Notes: generated from the sequence alone by a model not told the origin. A stretch of 63,839 nt of DNA, filler included, from Cercozoa sp. M6MM (GCA_040357565.1; 15 parts of 15 records of this genome joined end to end with filler, not necessarily neighbours in it), one strand, 5' to 3'. Positions 53,396 through 63,744 are shown, counted from the first letter of the whole stretch. Translations and numbers: made by a program.

Positions 53396-53608
53396 TCAGA
53401 AAACAGGACTGCCAAGCCCTTGCGCCTCCCAAAGGCGCTCCGCGAGCTCCTGACGCTTTAGATCGGCGTTGAATTTGTCAGGACCAGGTTCGAGCTCACT
53501 GACCAAATCAGCTTGCGCTACTAACTGTTCCTCGATCTTGGCGATCTCGGGATTGTCCTTGGCTGTGTGCTGACCTGACGGTTTGTTGTTTTTCATTACG
53601 AAGGGCAT
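53396..53608 (-). CDS. Hypothetical protein (70 aa)
   Basis: Same RBS and nearly the same first 10 codons as 52790-53293. Confidence 0.7.
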   Translation of the reverse strand: MPFVMKNNKPSGQHTAKDNPEIAKIEEQLVAQADLVSELEPGPDKFNADLKRQELAERLWEAQGLGSPVF

Positions 53609-53814
53609 TGTGGTCTCCTTTCCTTCGACGATATGCCAATCATCCTCCTATGAAATCAGTATAAATGTAAGATGTTGTGTCAATGCTCATCTTCGAGTGG
53701 GGTTTGATCGGAAATCCGCGGTTCTAAAATAGCTCCGAAGGAGCAGGGAGATTGGCCGGCCTTTTGGGTTTAGGTTGGCTGTGTCTCTTTTATGCTGTCC
53801 GTTTTGCTATCAAG

Positions 53815-53901
53815 GTGGCGAGCCTATTAGGTGATGGCTGACCATTACTGTTACTGTCCTCCAATTTTTTTTTGATGTGGCGAGCCGTTTAGGTGATTGC
53901 T
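53815..53901. repeat. Two 25-bp direct repeats (22/25 identical), 62-bp period
   Basis: GTGGCGAGCCTATTAGGTGATGGCT at 53815 and GTGGCGAGCCGTTTAGGTGATTGCT at 53877. Confidence 0.8.
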
Positions 53902-53946
53902 TCCCTAAATGTGTTAGAGGCGACCATAAGTTATGCGTGCGTGCGC

Positions 53947-53979
53947 AAAAAAACCCACTGCGACTACGGCGCGTGGGTT
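53947..53979 (-). terminator. Intrinsic terminator of the minus-strand operon
   Basis: AACCCAC...GTGGGTT stem ending in a T7 run on the minus strand, about 30 bp past the stop at 54007. Confidence 0.7.
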
Positions 53980-54006
53980 CTGATCTCGTGAACTGTGTTT
54001 GGTGTG

Positions 54007-54372
54007 TCAGCCGGTCGAGGGTTCTATGGCTTCCTGCATAACGGCGGGAAACCGGATTGATCGCGTAAAATTACCGCCGCTGCCTGCTGGCATGTCATCT
54101 GCGGCCAATTCGAAGCCGTCGCGGAGAATATCGACGTTCATTGGGCCGTCATGATGCTCAGCGAGCGTGTAGGCGTGTAGGCGGAGTTTGCCGTCCTCTG
54201 CTTCTATCCAAATGGACCGTCCATCATCAAGTTTTAGGTCGATCCGGTGCGGGGTGACACTGATCTCTGCTGCGAGTGGTGCTGGGTCAACTTCGTTGCT
54301 CTCACTGCGCCAATCGGAAAGCATCAAGCGGGCATCGGTCAACGTGAGGGGTGTTTGGGTTTCAGGTGTCAT
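54007..54372 (-). CDS. Hypothetical protein
   Basis: GGAG RBS before the ATG at 54372; last gene of the operon. Confidence 0.7.
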   Translation of the reverse strand: MTPETQTPLTLTDARLMLSDWRSESNEVDPAPLAAEISVTPHRIDLKLDDGRSIWIEAEDGKLRLHAYTLAEHHDGPMNVDILRDGFELAADDMPAGSGGNFTRSIRFPAVMQEAIEPSTG

Positions 54373-54434
54373 GTGGGTCTCCAAGTATTGGTAGTTTTGT
54401 GGGTGATCGGCGCTGGGCGAAGCGCCGATTGAGG

Positions 54435-54683
54435 TCAGTCGAGATCAAGCGCCCAGATAGCCTCTGCCGCTAAAGCGTCGAGGTTGTCGCCGACGAGACA
54501 GAAGCGACCATCTTCGGCATCGTCGGTCGGGTAAGGGTCGTCTGGCTGGCGAGGCTCTGCGACCATATACTTTCCTTTGAAAGCGCGATTTTGGTTCGGA
54601 TCGCGCTCGCCAACGATCATGCCTGCGTCTCGTAGGCGGTCGATGTTTGGGTTTCCGGTGTCGTTTCTCTGGGGATCATTCAT
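54435..54683 (-). CDS. Hypothetical protein (82 aa)
   Basis: Start overlaps the 3' end of the upstream gene; GGAG RBS. Confidence 0.7.
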   Translation of the reverse strand: MNDPQRNDTGNPNIDRLRDAGMIVGERDPNQNRAFKGKYMVAEPRQPDDPYPTDDAEDGRFCLVGDNLDALAAEAIWALDLD

Positions 54684-54885
54684 TGTCTTGGTCTCCCGAT
54701 ACCAAGCCTGTTTCGGACATTGCTTGGGTTAGGTAGTCGTTCAGGTTACACGCAGCCTCGAAATTGGCGGCGACAGATAGACCTAGTTCGTTGAAGGCCG
54801 CGTGAGTGGCGGCGTCCATCTTTTCGTCGAACGAACGCAAAATGCCCTCCCGACCTTCGGTGATTTCTTTGGGTGCATCTCTCAT
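54676..54885 (-). CDS. Hypothetical protein
   Basis: ATGA overlap at 54882-54885; GGAGG RBS. Confidence 0.7.
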   Translation of the reverse strand: MRDAPKEITEGREGILRSFDEKMDAATHAAFNELGLSVAANFEAACNLNDYLTQAMSETGLVSGDQDNE

Positions 54886-55112
54886 GATGCCTCCCAATCT
54901 ATTTCACTGGGGTCCGCTGGATCGCCGTTGTCGTCATGCAGTTGAACGTCACAGAGATCATCGAAGCTGATGTAGTTACTCGTTCCTGGCAAAAGGAATC
55001 CGGTTGGGTCTGAGTAGTCCATTGGGCCAGATCGAGCGCAGAGGATAACGCATTGGGAGAGGTTTACTTGTTCTCCCAGCGCGTCGGTGACGGTGATGTT
55101 TTCAGGTGTCAT
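54882..55112 (-). CDS. Hypothetical protein (76 aa)
   Basis: GGGAG RBS; operon packing. Confidence 0.7.
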   Translation of the reverse strand: MTPENITVTDALGEQVNLSQCVILCARSGPMDYSDPTGFLLPGTSNYISFDDLCDVQLHDDNGDPADPSEIDWEAS

Positions 55113-55124
55113 GCTGTCGCTCCC

Positions 55125-55487
55125 TTACAGAGTTGTGTCGCAGTTCGTGCAGTTTTCGTGGTCGTCCGTTCCCGCTGCGCCACAGGCGCGGCAGGTAGGT
55201 AAGTCATGGCCGTTGCCTTCTGGCCCTTGGGGCGCAGGAGGCGGCGTGATGATGTGAAACCGGTCGATTGGGTAGATCAGCATCAGGGACCGCTCTACGT
55301 CCCATTTGACGCCTATCTGCCACTCTCCACGTTGGAGATATGTGATACGGGTGACAGTTCCTTGAGTTCCCGCAGGGATGGGGCATGGGTCTGCCTTGCC
55401 GTTGAAGGGGCAGATTCCCATTTCATCAAGTTCGATCCGGTCGCCTACAGCGCATGGATCAATCGGGTTATGGCGATCTTGTGGCAT
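55125..55487 (-). CDS. DUF4314-like protein with a C-terminal CxxC...CxxC tail
   Basis: GDRIEL.EM...DP.PIPAGTQGTV...I.VKWD..RSL.LI...DRF matches the recalled DUF4314 pattern; AGGAG RBS before the ATG at 55487. Confidence 0.7.
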   Translation of the reverse strand: MPQDRHNPIDPCAVGDRIELDEMGICPFNGKADPCPIPAGTQGTVTRITYLQRGEWQIGVKWDVERSLMLIYPIDRFHIITPPPAPQGPEGNGHDLPTCRACGAAGTDDHENCTNCDTTL

Positions 55488-55488
55488 A

Positions 55489-55791
55489 TCAGGTCTCCTT
55501 TTGGCATTGGCAGATGGGTTCGTCCGCTTCGCCCAGCGCCACATGCTCCACATCCGCTTCGTGACGATACGGGACCAAATCTTCGGCAACGGTATATGAG
55601 CGATGGTCGAGGGCAGCGCCTAACCCGAGCAGGAACATTCGACGGTCCCGCTGGGTCGGAAAGCTGTAGAAAAGCACCTTCCCGAAGTCGTCCAACACCT
55701 CCATGTCGCGCTCTCCGTCCTCGTAATCAGACACGGCATCGGTGCCGATAACGAGAGGCAGAAGGTATGGTTTTGGTGTGTGGTCAGGCAT
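55489..55791 (-). CDS. Hypothetical protein (100 aa)
   Basis: TGATG overlap with the upstream gene. Confidence 0.7.
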   Translation of the reverse strand: MPDHTPKPYLLPLVIGTDAVSDYEDGERDMEVLDDFGKVLFYSFPTQRDRRMFLLGLGAALDHRSYTVAEDLVPYRHEADVEHVALGEADEPICQCQKET

Positions 55792-56183
55792 CAGAACGCC
55801 TCCTGAATTTCGTCGTCGGGGAAGGCTTCTTGGGCCTCCTTGTAAATGTCGTTGAGGCTCACTTCGACCGTTTCTCCGTTCGGGTGAATGGCTACTGCCC
55901 AGCCGCAGACGTAGCGCAGCTTCTCATGCCCAGCGCCGAAAATAACGGCGACACTGTTTGGCTTGAGGTGGCTCGCGAGGGTTCCCGCGAAGTCGATCTC
56001 TTCACCTTCTTGATCGTCGGTGGGGAGATCGGTGTTGCCGAGGATTACCACCTCATCGGGACTATTGGTCACGAAGTCGATTTGGAGTTCGTTGCCGACA
56101 GTTTCCTCGATCCAGAGGGCGAAGGCTTCCTTGTCACGGACGCGAAAGGCGTTGGAGCGCATTGTAGCTTCATAGTTGGCCAT
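55791..56183 (-). CDS. Hypothetical phage/plasmid protein (130 aa)
   Basis: MANY...RSN.FRV.D and GHEKLRYV.GWA motifs; GGAGG RBS. Confidence 0.75.
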   Translation of the reverse strand: MANYEATMRSNAFRVRDKEAFALWIEETVGNELQIDFVTNSPDEVVILGNTDLPTDDQEGEEIDFAGTLASHLKPNSVAVIFGAGHEKLRYVCGWAVAIHPNGETVEVSLNDIYKEAQEAFPDDEIQEAF

Positions 56184-56187
56184 GTTC

Positions 56188-56676
56188 TCAACCTCCCACC
56201 TGAGCGCGGTAGATTGTCAGAGCCTCGTCCAGCGGCAGCAGGTTTAGCACCTTGGCCGTTGGCCGTTGTTCGCGCAGCTTGGCTGCGGTCAATTCGACCT
56301 GTCCGCCGTGGTTGATCTGGTAGACGCCTTGCTTGTCAGGGTAGACGATGAGTAGCTTCTTCCGCACGGTGCGCTGATAGTCCTGCTTGATAAGGTGGTT
56401 TTGCAGTAGCGTGGCGCAGTGCATTTCGAGGTCAGTCTCATGTTCCTCGTCAGGGTTTGCGCCGCAGTCGAGTTTCCACTTTGGGAGATTGGCGCGGCAC
56501 CACTTGTCAGCACGGTCAAACGCCTCGCGATCCCCATAGAAATTATCGCAGCCACCATGACCCTCGTTTGAAACGCTCCCAATTTTCTTTCCATCCACAT
56601 AGAGGTTGGCTTGGTAACAAGAGGTCTCTTCGCTGGAGAATGCGGCATACTTGATTGATTTCAGTTCGATTTTCAT
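56188..56676 (-). CDS. Hypothetical phage/plasmid protein (162 aa)
   Basis: SEET..Y.ANLYVDG......NEGHGG pattern, recalled from uncharacterised mobile-element proteins. Confidence 0.75.
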   Translation of the reverse strand: MKIELKSIKYAAFSSEETSCYQANLYVDGKKIGSVSNEGHGGCDNFYGDREAFDRADKWCRANLPKWKLDCGANPDEEHETDLEMHCATLLQNHLIKQDYQRTVRKKLLIVYPDKQGVYQINHGGQVELTAAKLREQRPTAKVLNLLPLDEALTIYRAQVGG

Positions 56677-56751
56677 GGTGATAACCTTTTTGTTAGAGGG
56701 GTGCGCATTGTGTGCGCAGTCAGTGTGAGGGCATTGCGCAGAGCGTGTGAT

Positions 56752-57189
56752 TTAGACTGTCCCGCAGTTTATGCGCTCGCAGAGGTCGTCTATTTCGTCG
56801 CCGCTGAGCACCTGAGCCGTTCCGCCATTGGTGGCTATGTCGTGGATGCCAGACGGGAAGCTGTTCTCGTCCACAGCCAGTTGTAGGAGCCGTAGGCCAG
56901 CCAAAACGGCACCAAGTTCGGCGCTATTGAATTGAGCGCCGCTGTTTCCGGCTGGGGCAGTGGGAGTGCCGTAGGCGTCATTGCTGAACATGCTGCATAC
57001 ATCGGCAGGGAGAAGCCCGTATTTCTCGCCAAGCTCGCGAGCAAATGTCTCGGGCTTCTCATCAGCCTCCATCGCAAAACGAGCCGCGTCGGGATGTTCG
57101 GAGATGAGGCCCCCATGATGCCATAGGCGCTGGGCTTCTTCGCTGGCGCGATTGAGCCAATCGCTTTCGGTGATGGTGGTTTTCTGCAT
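56752..57189 (-). CDS. Hypothetical phage/plasmid protein (145 aa), first gene of the cluster
   Basis: AAGGA RBS; ELGAVLAGLRLLQ...DIAT.GG...L...EIDDLCERIN. Confidence 0.75.
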   Translation of the reverse strand: MQKTTITESDWLNRASEEAQRLWHHGGLISEHPDAARFAMEADEKPETFARELGEKYGLLPADVCSMFSNDAYGTPTAPAGNSGAQFNSAELGAVLAGLRLLQLAVDENSFPSGIHDIATNGGTAQVLSGDEIDDLCERINCGTV

Positions 57190-57236
57190 GGTCTGTCCTT
57201 GCGTCCATTTCCAACTTACTCCCCCATACTAGGGCA

Positions 57237-57544
57237 GGTTAAACATATACACAAGATAAAATAAACATATACACCAAATAAAGAGTGAAGATTTATTTAG
57301 GTGAGGGGTTGACTGCGCGTTGGGCTTAGGTTATATATATACACATGGAGGCGGTTAAATGAACACAAGCGGCGGCGATAGTGAAAAGGAGCGATAAAAA
57401 TGGTTAAAAAACAACGGCTTAGACAATATGCGGACCCGCCATGCTAGAGGTGTGGTTAAATAGATACACAGACAGGGTGACGCCTGGCCTAGACGTGTGG
57501 TTAAATAGATACACTACGGCCAAGCTGTGGTAAAATAGACACAC
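57237..57544 (+). repeat. Cluster of about 7 direct repeats, consensus GGTTAAAYAKAYACAC
   Basis: Copies at about 57237, 57261 (partial), 57329, 57353, 57454, 57499 and 57529. Two extend to the 26-mer CTAGASGTGTGGTTAAATAGATACAC. Confidence 0.8.
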
Positions 57545-57546
57545 AC

Positions 57547-57592
57547 TACATAGTGCATGCGTATACTCATGAGTATACGCATGCACTATGTA
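57547..57592. repeat. Perfect 46-bp palindrome at the contig end
   Basis: TACATAGTGCATGCGTATACTCA|TGAGTATACGCATGCACTATGTA, 23/23 pairs, no spacer. Confidence 0.97.
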
Positions 57593-57692
57593 NNNNNNNN
57601 NNNNNNNNNNNNNNNNNNNNNNNNNNNNNNNNNNNNTTAATTAATTAANNNNNNNNNNNNNNNNNNNNNNNNNNNNNNNNNNNNNNNNNNNN

Positions 57693-59545
57693 AACCGGCA
57701 AATTCTGACGGTGCTCCACGAAGCGTTCGCTGCAGTTAACCCCCCATTTTACCCCCCTATTTACCCCCCTGTTTACCCCCAATTTACACCCCTATTCACC
57801 CTCATTTAACCCCCTATATACTCCCCTATTTACACCCCTATTCACCCTCATTTAACCCCCTATATACTCCTATTTACCCCCCCTATTAACCCCCCTATTA
57901 ACCCCCTATTAACCCCTGTATTGACCCCGCCAGTACCGATCGGAAAGAGGCGTGCGATCGTCGTCGACGTCGGTGGCAGTATGCGGCCACTGCCGACACA
58001 TCTGGCGGAAGGCCTCGTCCAGTGCTAGGCCCTGGGGGGGGGGGGTAAGATGGGGGGTAAACAGGGGGGTAAACAGGGGGGTTAAACACACCTGAGACAA
58101 CAAGGCCGCAAAAACCGCCACAAAACGAACACATTCGCGCTGCTTCTCTTGCGGTCTGGGGGGTCAAAAGGGGGTAAAATGGAGGGTAAAATGGGGGGTT
58201 AAAAGGGGGTAAAATGGGGGGTCAAAGGGTAAAATGGGGTTCAAAGGGGACGGGGGTAAACAGGGGGGGGGGGGTGAAATGGGGGGTAAACAGGGGGGTA
58301 AAATGGGGGGGTAAACAGGGGGGTAAACAGGGGGGCAAAACTACAACGACAGCGCCGCATGTGTGAAACAGTGTCGCTGCAGTTTTTGCGCGAAATCCTC
58401 CGAACGCAAGAAACGCCACAAATACGGGTGCACCGACACACGTGCCGTGCCTGTCCGAGGGGGGTAAAGTGGAGGTTAATAGGGGGTAAATAGGGGGGTA
58501 ATTAGGGGAGTAAATAGGGGGGTAAATAGGGGGTAAACAGGGGGTAAAATGGGGGGGTAAACAGGGGGGTAAGAAGGGGGGTAAGAGGGGGTAAACAGGG
58601 GGGTAAACAGGGGGGTAAAACAACCCAACGACGCCGCCAGTCGCCGAATCAGCCGAACGAAAGCGTCGCTGCCGATTTCGATGCGCGTCCATTTGTCTGT
58701 CCAAAAACAATCCAGTTAAGGCTGCGTTCTGTGTTTAAGGCCGCGTTTCTTTATTTAAGACCGCGTTTTTTAAGGCTGCGTGTTTTTTAAGACTGCGGTT
58801 TTCGTACATTTTGCGTCGCTTTCGATCTGCACGCCGATCGAGTCGTCGATTTCGACTGCCAGGGGAGTTAAGGGGGTCATACGGGGGTTAAGGGGGTGAA
58901 GAGGGGGTTAAGGGGGTGAAGAGGGGGCTCAGGGGGTCAATAGGAAGGTTAAGGGGTCAAGAGGGGGGTGAAAACCCACCCGGCGGAAACGGCAGCAGCT
59001 TGGGCGTCAAGTGGACCAGTTTCGCCTCCTGCAGCGCCGTCACGGCGTCCACCACACTGCGCGTTTCTCCACCCGGTGCACATAAAACAACAAACAACAA
59101 GAAACAACAAGAAAAACAACAACAAGAAACAACAAAACACCACAAAAAACAACAACAAGAAACAACAAAACACCACAAAAAACAACAAGATACAACAACA
59201 AGAACCAAGAAAGAACAAAGCAAAAGAACAACAACAAGAAAAAAGAAAGAATAAACAAAAGAAAAACAACAAAAAAGAAAAAACAACAAGAAAAAACAAC
59301 AACAAAACAACACAGCAAAACAACAACAAAAACACAACAAAACAAGAAACGCACAGGTCGAACGCAAAGTCGCTCAGCGACGCAATTTCGCGCAGCGAGT
59401 GTCGTCCATCTGACACACACACACACACCCTTAATTAACTGACACACCCTTAATTAACTGACACACACACCCTTAATCGAAAAAGTGCCCAGTACCAAAG
59501 TACTGCGACAGCAGCGCGAAAACCACGTCGTCACTGTCGGACCCT
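57693..59545 (-). CDS. Internal exons of an unknown gene with a winged-helix-like segment
   Basis: DGRHSLREIA...VVDAVTALQEAKLVHL; exons separated by long C/G-rich and T-rich repeat introns. Confidence 0.45.
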
Positions 59546-59722
59546 GTCCGAAGGGTATGGGGGTATACAGGGGGGTAAACAGGTGGGGTATACAGGGCAA
59601 CAGGGGGGGTAAACAGGAAGGTNNNNNNNNNNNNNNNNNNNNNNNNNNNNNNNNNNNNNNNNNNNNTTAATTAATTAANNNNNNNNNNNNNNNNNNNNNN
59701 NNNNNNNNNNNNNNNNNNNNNN

Positions 59723-59770
<48 letters not shown>

Positions 59771-59875
59771 ATGTGNNNNNNNNNNNNNNNNNNNNNNNNN
59801 NNNNNNNNNNNNNNNNNNNNNNNNNNNNNNNNNNNNNNNNNNNNNNNNNNNNNNNNNNNNNNNNNNNNNNNNNNN

Positions 59876-59921
<46 letters not shown>

Positions 59922-60088
59922 CTAATGCAGTGTGTTGTGAGCTGTCCTGCGCGTGTTTTCGAAAGCGTCGGCAACACAGGCCGTACCTACGCCTTATCAC
60001 CTGGGATTTGCTGTGTTATTTATGCTCTGTTTTGATTATTTGGTAGGCCAGGATGCGTTGGATGTGTTGGTACTCCCTGCTTCTGTCA

Positions 60089-60158
<70 letters not shown>

Positions 60159-60715
60159 ACACACACACACACAAGTAACGTAGGCCCTTGTGTCGGCGAC
60201 ACTCGGACTAGTGATTGCGTCGCTTGTCTTTGCCACGTGTACTTCACCTCATTTGGCGCGTCTGTGTCGTGAAGGATGAAGGTTTTTTTGGAACAGGGTT
60301 GCTGCGCAAGAACTTGCGGCAGTTCCCGTCGCGTTTCACGATGTTCTTCGCCGTCGGCATGGCTTCGTTTAAACACTTGGGCACAGGCAGACTACATTCA
60401 CGCACGCATATATATATATATATATATGTACATACTATATATATATTTATATCTGTATGCGTGTACATATCCACAGAAAGAGTCAGTACAGGAAAGCGAG
60501 CGAGAAGAGGAAGAGCGCGCCGGCGAAGAACATCGTGAAACGCGACGGGAACTGCCGCAAGTTCTTGCGCAGCAACCCTGTTCCAAAAAAACCTTCATCC
60601 TTCACGACACAGACGCGCCAAATGAGGTGAAGTACACGTGGCAAAGACAAGCGACGCAATCACTAGTCCGAGTGTCGCCGACACAAGGGCCTACGTTACT
60701 TGTGTGTGTGTGTGT

Positions 60716-60785
<70 letters not shown>

Positions 60786-60952
60786 TGACAGAAGCAGGGA
60801 GTACCAACACATCCAACGCATCCTGGCCTACCAAATAATCAAAACAGAGCATAAATAACACAGCAAATCCCAGGTGATAAGGCGTAGGTACGGCCTGTGT
60901 TGCCGACGCTTTCGAAAACACGCGCAGGACAGCTCACAACACACTGCATTAG

Positions 60953-61027
<75 letters not shown>
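59876..61027. repeat. Long near-perfect inverted repeat (arms ~59876-60353 and 60521-~61000, 167-bp spacer)
   Basis: Arm 2 is the reverse complement of arm 1, including its exons and microsatellites. Confidence 0.95.
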
Positions 61028-63744
61028 NNNNNNNNNNNNNNNNNNNNNNNNNNNNNNNNNNNNNNNNNNNNTTAATTAATTAANNNNNNNNNNNNNNNNN
61101 NNNNNNNNNNNNNNNNNNNNNNNNNNNGGGTAAAGAAGTCTGCACCGCCACTATCGATGAATTTGCGTCGTTCGGCGAGTGCGCATGCGCTAGTCCGCAG
61201 CGGGTGTGGTCCCACACCTCTGTTCCAGCAAACTCTGCTGTCTCAAACATGCCCTGCACAACAACAATATGGCGCAGTACCTTAGAGGAAGCCAGTTGGG
61301 CATGCCATTACTGCACGAAGTACACCGAATGGGTGACCACTCCGTACGACCAGCTGAACACATAGAGTGAGTAACTTACCTCAACTGGTACATTAAACTC
61401 TCATACTGCAGTACCCAGACAGTCGCGGTCGAAGGGACCGCACGTCCAAGGCATCGGATCCAGACACCCAAAGTTCTCCGGAGTGCCCAACTCCGTGACG
61501 GCGGCAAACACGGCCCAGTACAACAGGCCACCAAACAGTCCTGTCCAGACAGGCGACACACATAGCATCCTTGACTACCTAGGTACTAAAACTATAGGCA
61601 CCGAAACAAACAAACACAGTGGCAACATGCAAAGAAGTTGGTGGCCTCCACTCCTCGTATGGGTACCTAATAAACAAACATTCTTCTTTCTACCAAGGTA
61701 TGCAAAGAGCACAAAAATAGAGGCACCACAAAGTGTCCCACTTGTACTCCACTGCACCGACGACTTTCTGCCAGCGACGGAGTGCCAACGTGCCAAACAG
61801 CGAGTGCACCAGCAGCTGCGTGCGTGTCATGCCCTCAGCATCCTGCGAGTCGAGCTCGTCTGGCTGACTCAGATGCTCCGAGAACACCGAATGCGCCACC
61901 GAGGGTCGCGTGTGGGTGGGTGTACTGAGTCTACTAAGAGGTGTGTTGGGTGACTTGGGTCTATACAGGTACGGATGGTACTGTGTACCGAGAATTAAGG
62001 GTGCGAGTAGCCGTCTTGAGACTCTCGCTGTCACCTCGGTCCTCTGGTTGCTCCACTTGCTGCAGTCGGTGCTGCCGTCGCTGCCGCATGCGTCGTAGCT
62101 GGCGTTCTTGTTCCTCTCTCTGCACTCACACTCGTGTTACTGATACCTACAGGCCTTGTTCCACACACTCTAGATCTACTGTAAAATAGTACCTGAGCAA
62201 TGATGCGTCGCATGTCCTCGCTGTCGTGCGACTGGAGACTCGAGATCTCTATCGACATTCCTGGCTCGCTGGTCTCTGTACCTGTACATCTCATTCCTAT
62301 TCTTACACTGACAACATCAGTGTACCGTCAGAGCGAGAATCGCCCAGATCGAGTTCGTCCACGTGGTTGTGACTGAAGGCACGCCGCGCGTCAGCCGACG
62401 ACGAAACCGTCAGTCGTCGCAGCATCTGCGTATCACTCGCGTTCAGTCTGCACACAACTTGAAGGTACAATGAACCCATGGGAGAGGATATCATTTTGGT
62501 GACTGTACTGTGCCAATTCGTTTGCGTCGCGTAGTCTTTGTGCCCGAGTTGCTGCATACACTCAAGGTAAAGACACCCACAAGGATAAGTTTACTTGAAC
62601 TGTACCATGCCTGGGTGACAGTGCCATGCGAAGGGATCGCAACCGCGACATTCGATGTGCCGTGTCATGTGACTGATGCCGTCGGTGCTGAGGTAGCTCT
62701 CTTACACCCTGCTTCAAGCGGGGAGAAAATACCGCTGAGGGCAAGACAAATAGACACACGAGGGTAACAGTTCACCTGCAGCTCATTCTCGAGCTCAAAG
62801 TGGTGCAGCAGCGCCAACTGTGAGTTTGTCGATGTCGGTGCTGTTTGTGTTCCATTGTTTGGCGCGACTGTCATGTGCATGGCATAAAACAAGGTAGATT
62901 GAAAGATAATTGTGACTGTCCAGGCAGAAACTCACCGGAGATATCGTGGCGACTCAGTGACGACGGTTGCTCAGAAGACGGTTGCTCAGAAGACGGTTGC
63001 GTTTCCGAACAAACATCTGAGTCGGCGTCACTGTGCATCCTACCGTCAAATTACGCGCTAGACCCCACAGTGACTCGCGATCGCCATGAAAGCATGACAA
63101 TGACTGGCGGGATTGGCGTTTCTTCAAAACGCAGCGGACAACTTTAGGCGCCCAGAAGGTGCTTAGGAGCAACTACCTCCATCGCCGACTTCGTTCATCG
63201 AATGAGTACTGTAGACAAGATTACTTAGCCCGGTAGCTCTCCAGGCATCAGAACGCAGCGAGTTTCGCGATTTTGAACCGCCCACCCCGAGTGTAAATCG
63301 ATACAGTGCCGGAACCCGGAAAAGTTTTGTTGCTGTACAAGGAAAACGCCTCAAATATGTCCAGAAAACGAGACCTTAAATATGTCCAAAGACCAAATAT
63401 CCAAACGTGGACTAATTGTCCAGCTGTTGGACTCAGCATCTCAATCAATGTCGGACAACCCCCCTCTGCCCTGGAGTACAATTGTAGGAGTACAATTCCC
63501 GCAATGTGGGAAGCTGCAACTGCTAGAAGTGATGAGTTCGACCATGAAGCTTGTAGTTATTTCTCAGAACTTCGGATTTTGTGGTGACCAATTACCGTGA
63601 CCTGGCAGTCGCTCCCCTCCTGCGGAATGTGGAGTCGTTCTTGAGCGAGCGAGATCTTATCTTCGGCGATGCTGTCGAAGTCGTGCTTCATGCGGCGGGC
63701 CTTCCAGTCTTCTACGGCAAACGAGAGGTGCGCGCGTGTTTGGG

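Larger units (their letters stand above)
51894..57592. mobile_element. Bacterial (alphaproteobacterial-style) plasmid/phage-like contig, not from the eukaryotic host
   Basis: No introns or microsatellites; tightly packed small ORFs with overlapping or abutting stop/start codons, AGGAG-type RBSs and intrinsic terminators. The taxonomic call is inference. Confidence 0.8.

Noticed and set aside
57444-57544. CRISPR array in the bacterial contig
   Set aside because: Only two 26-bp copies with a 19-bp gap, irregular spacing of the other copies, and no cas genes. It fits protein-binding repeats better.
58980-59410. NPRL2/NPRL3 assignment for the contig-13 gene
   Set aside because: The resemblance is limited to a generic winged-helix-like segment, too little to name the gene.
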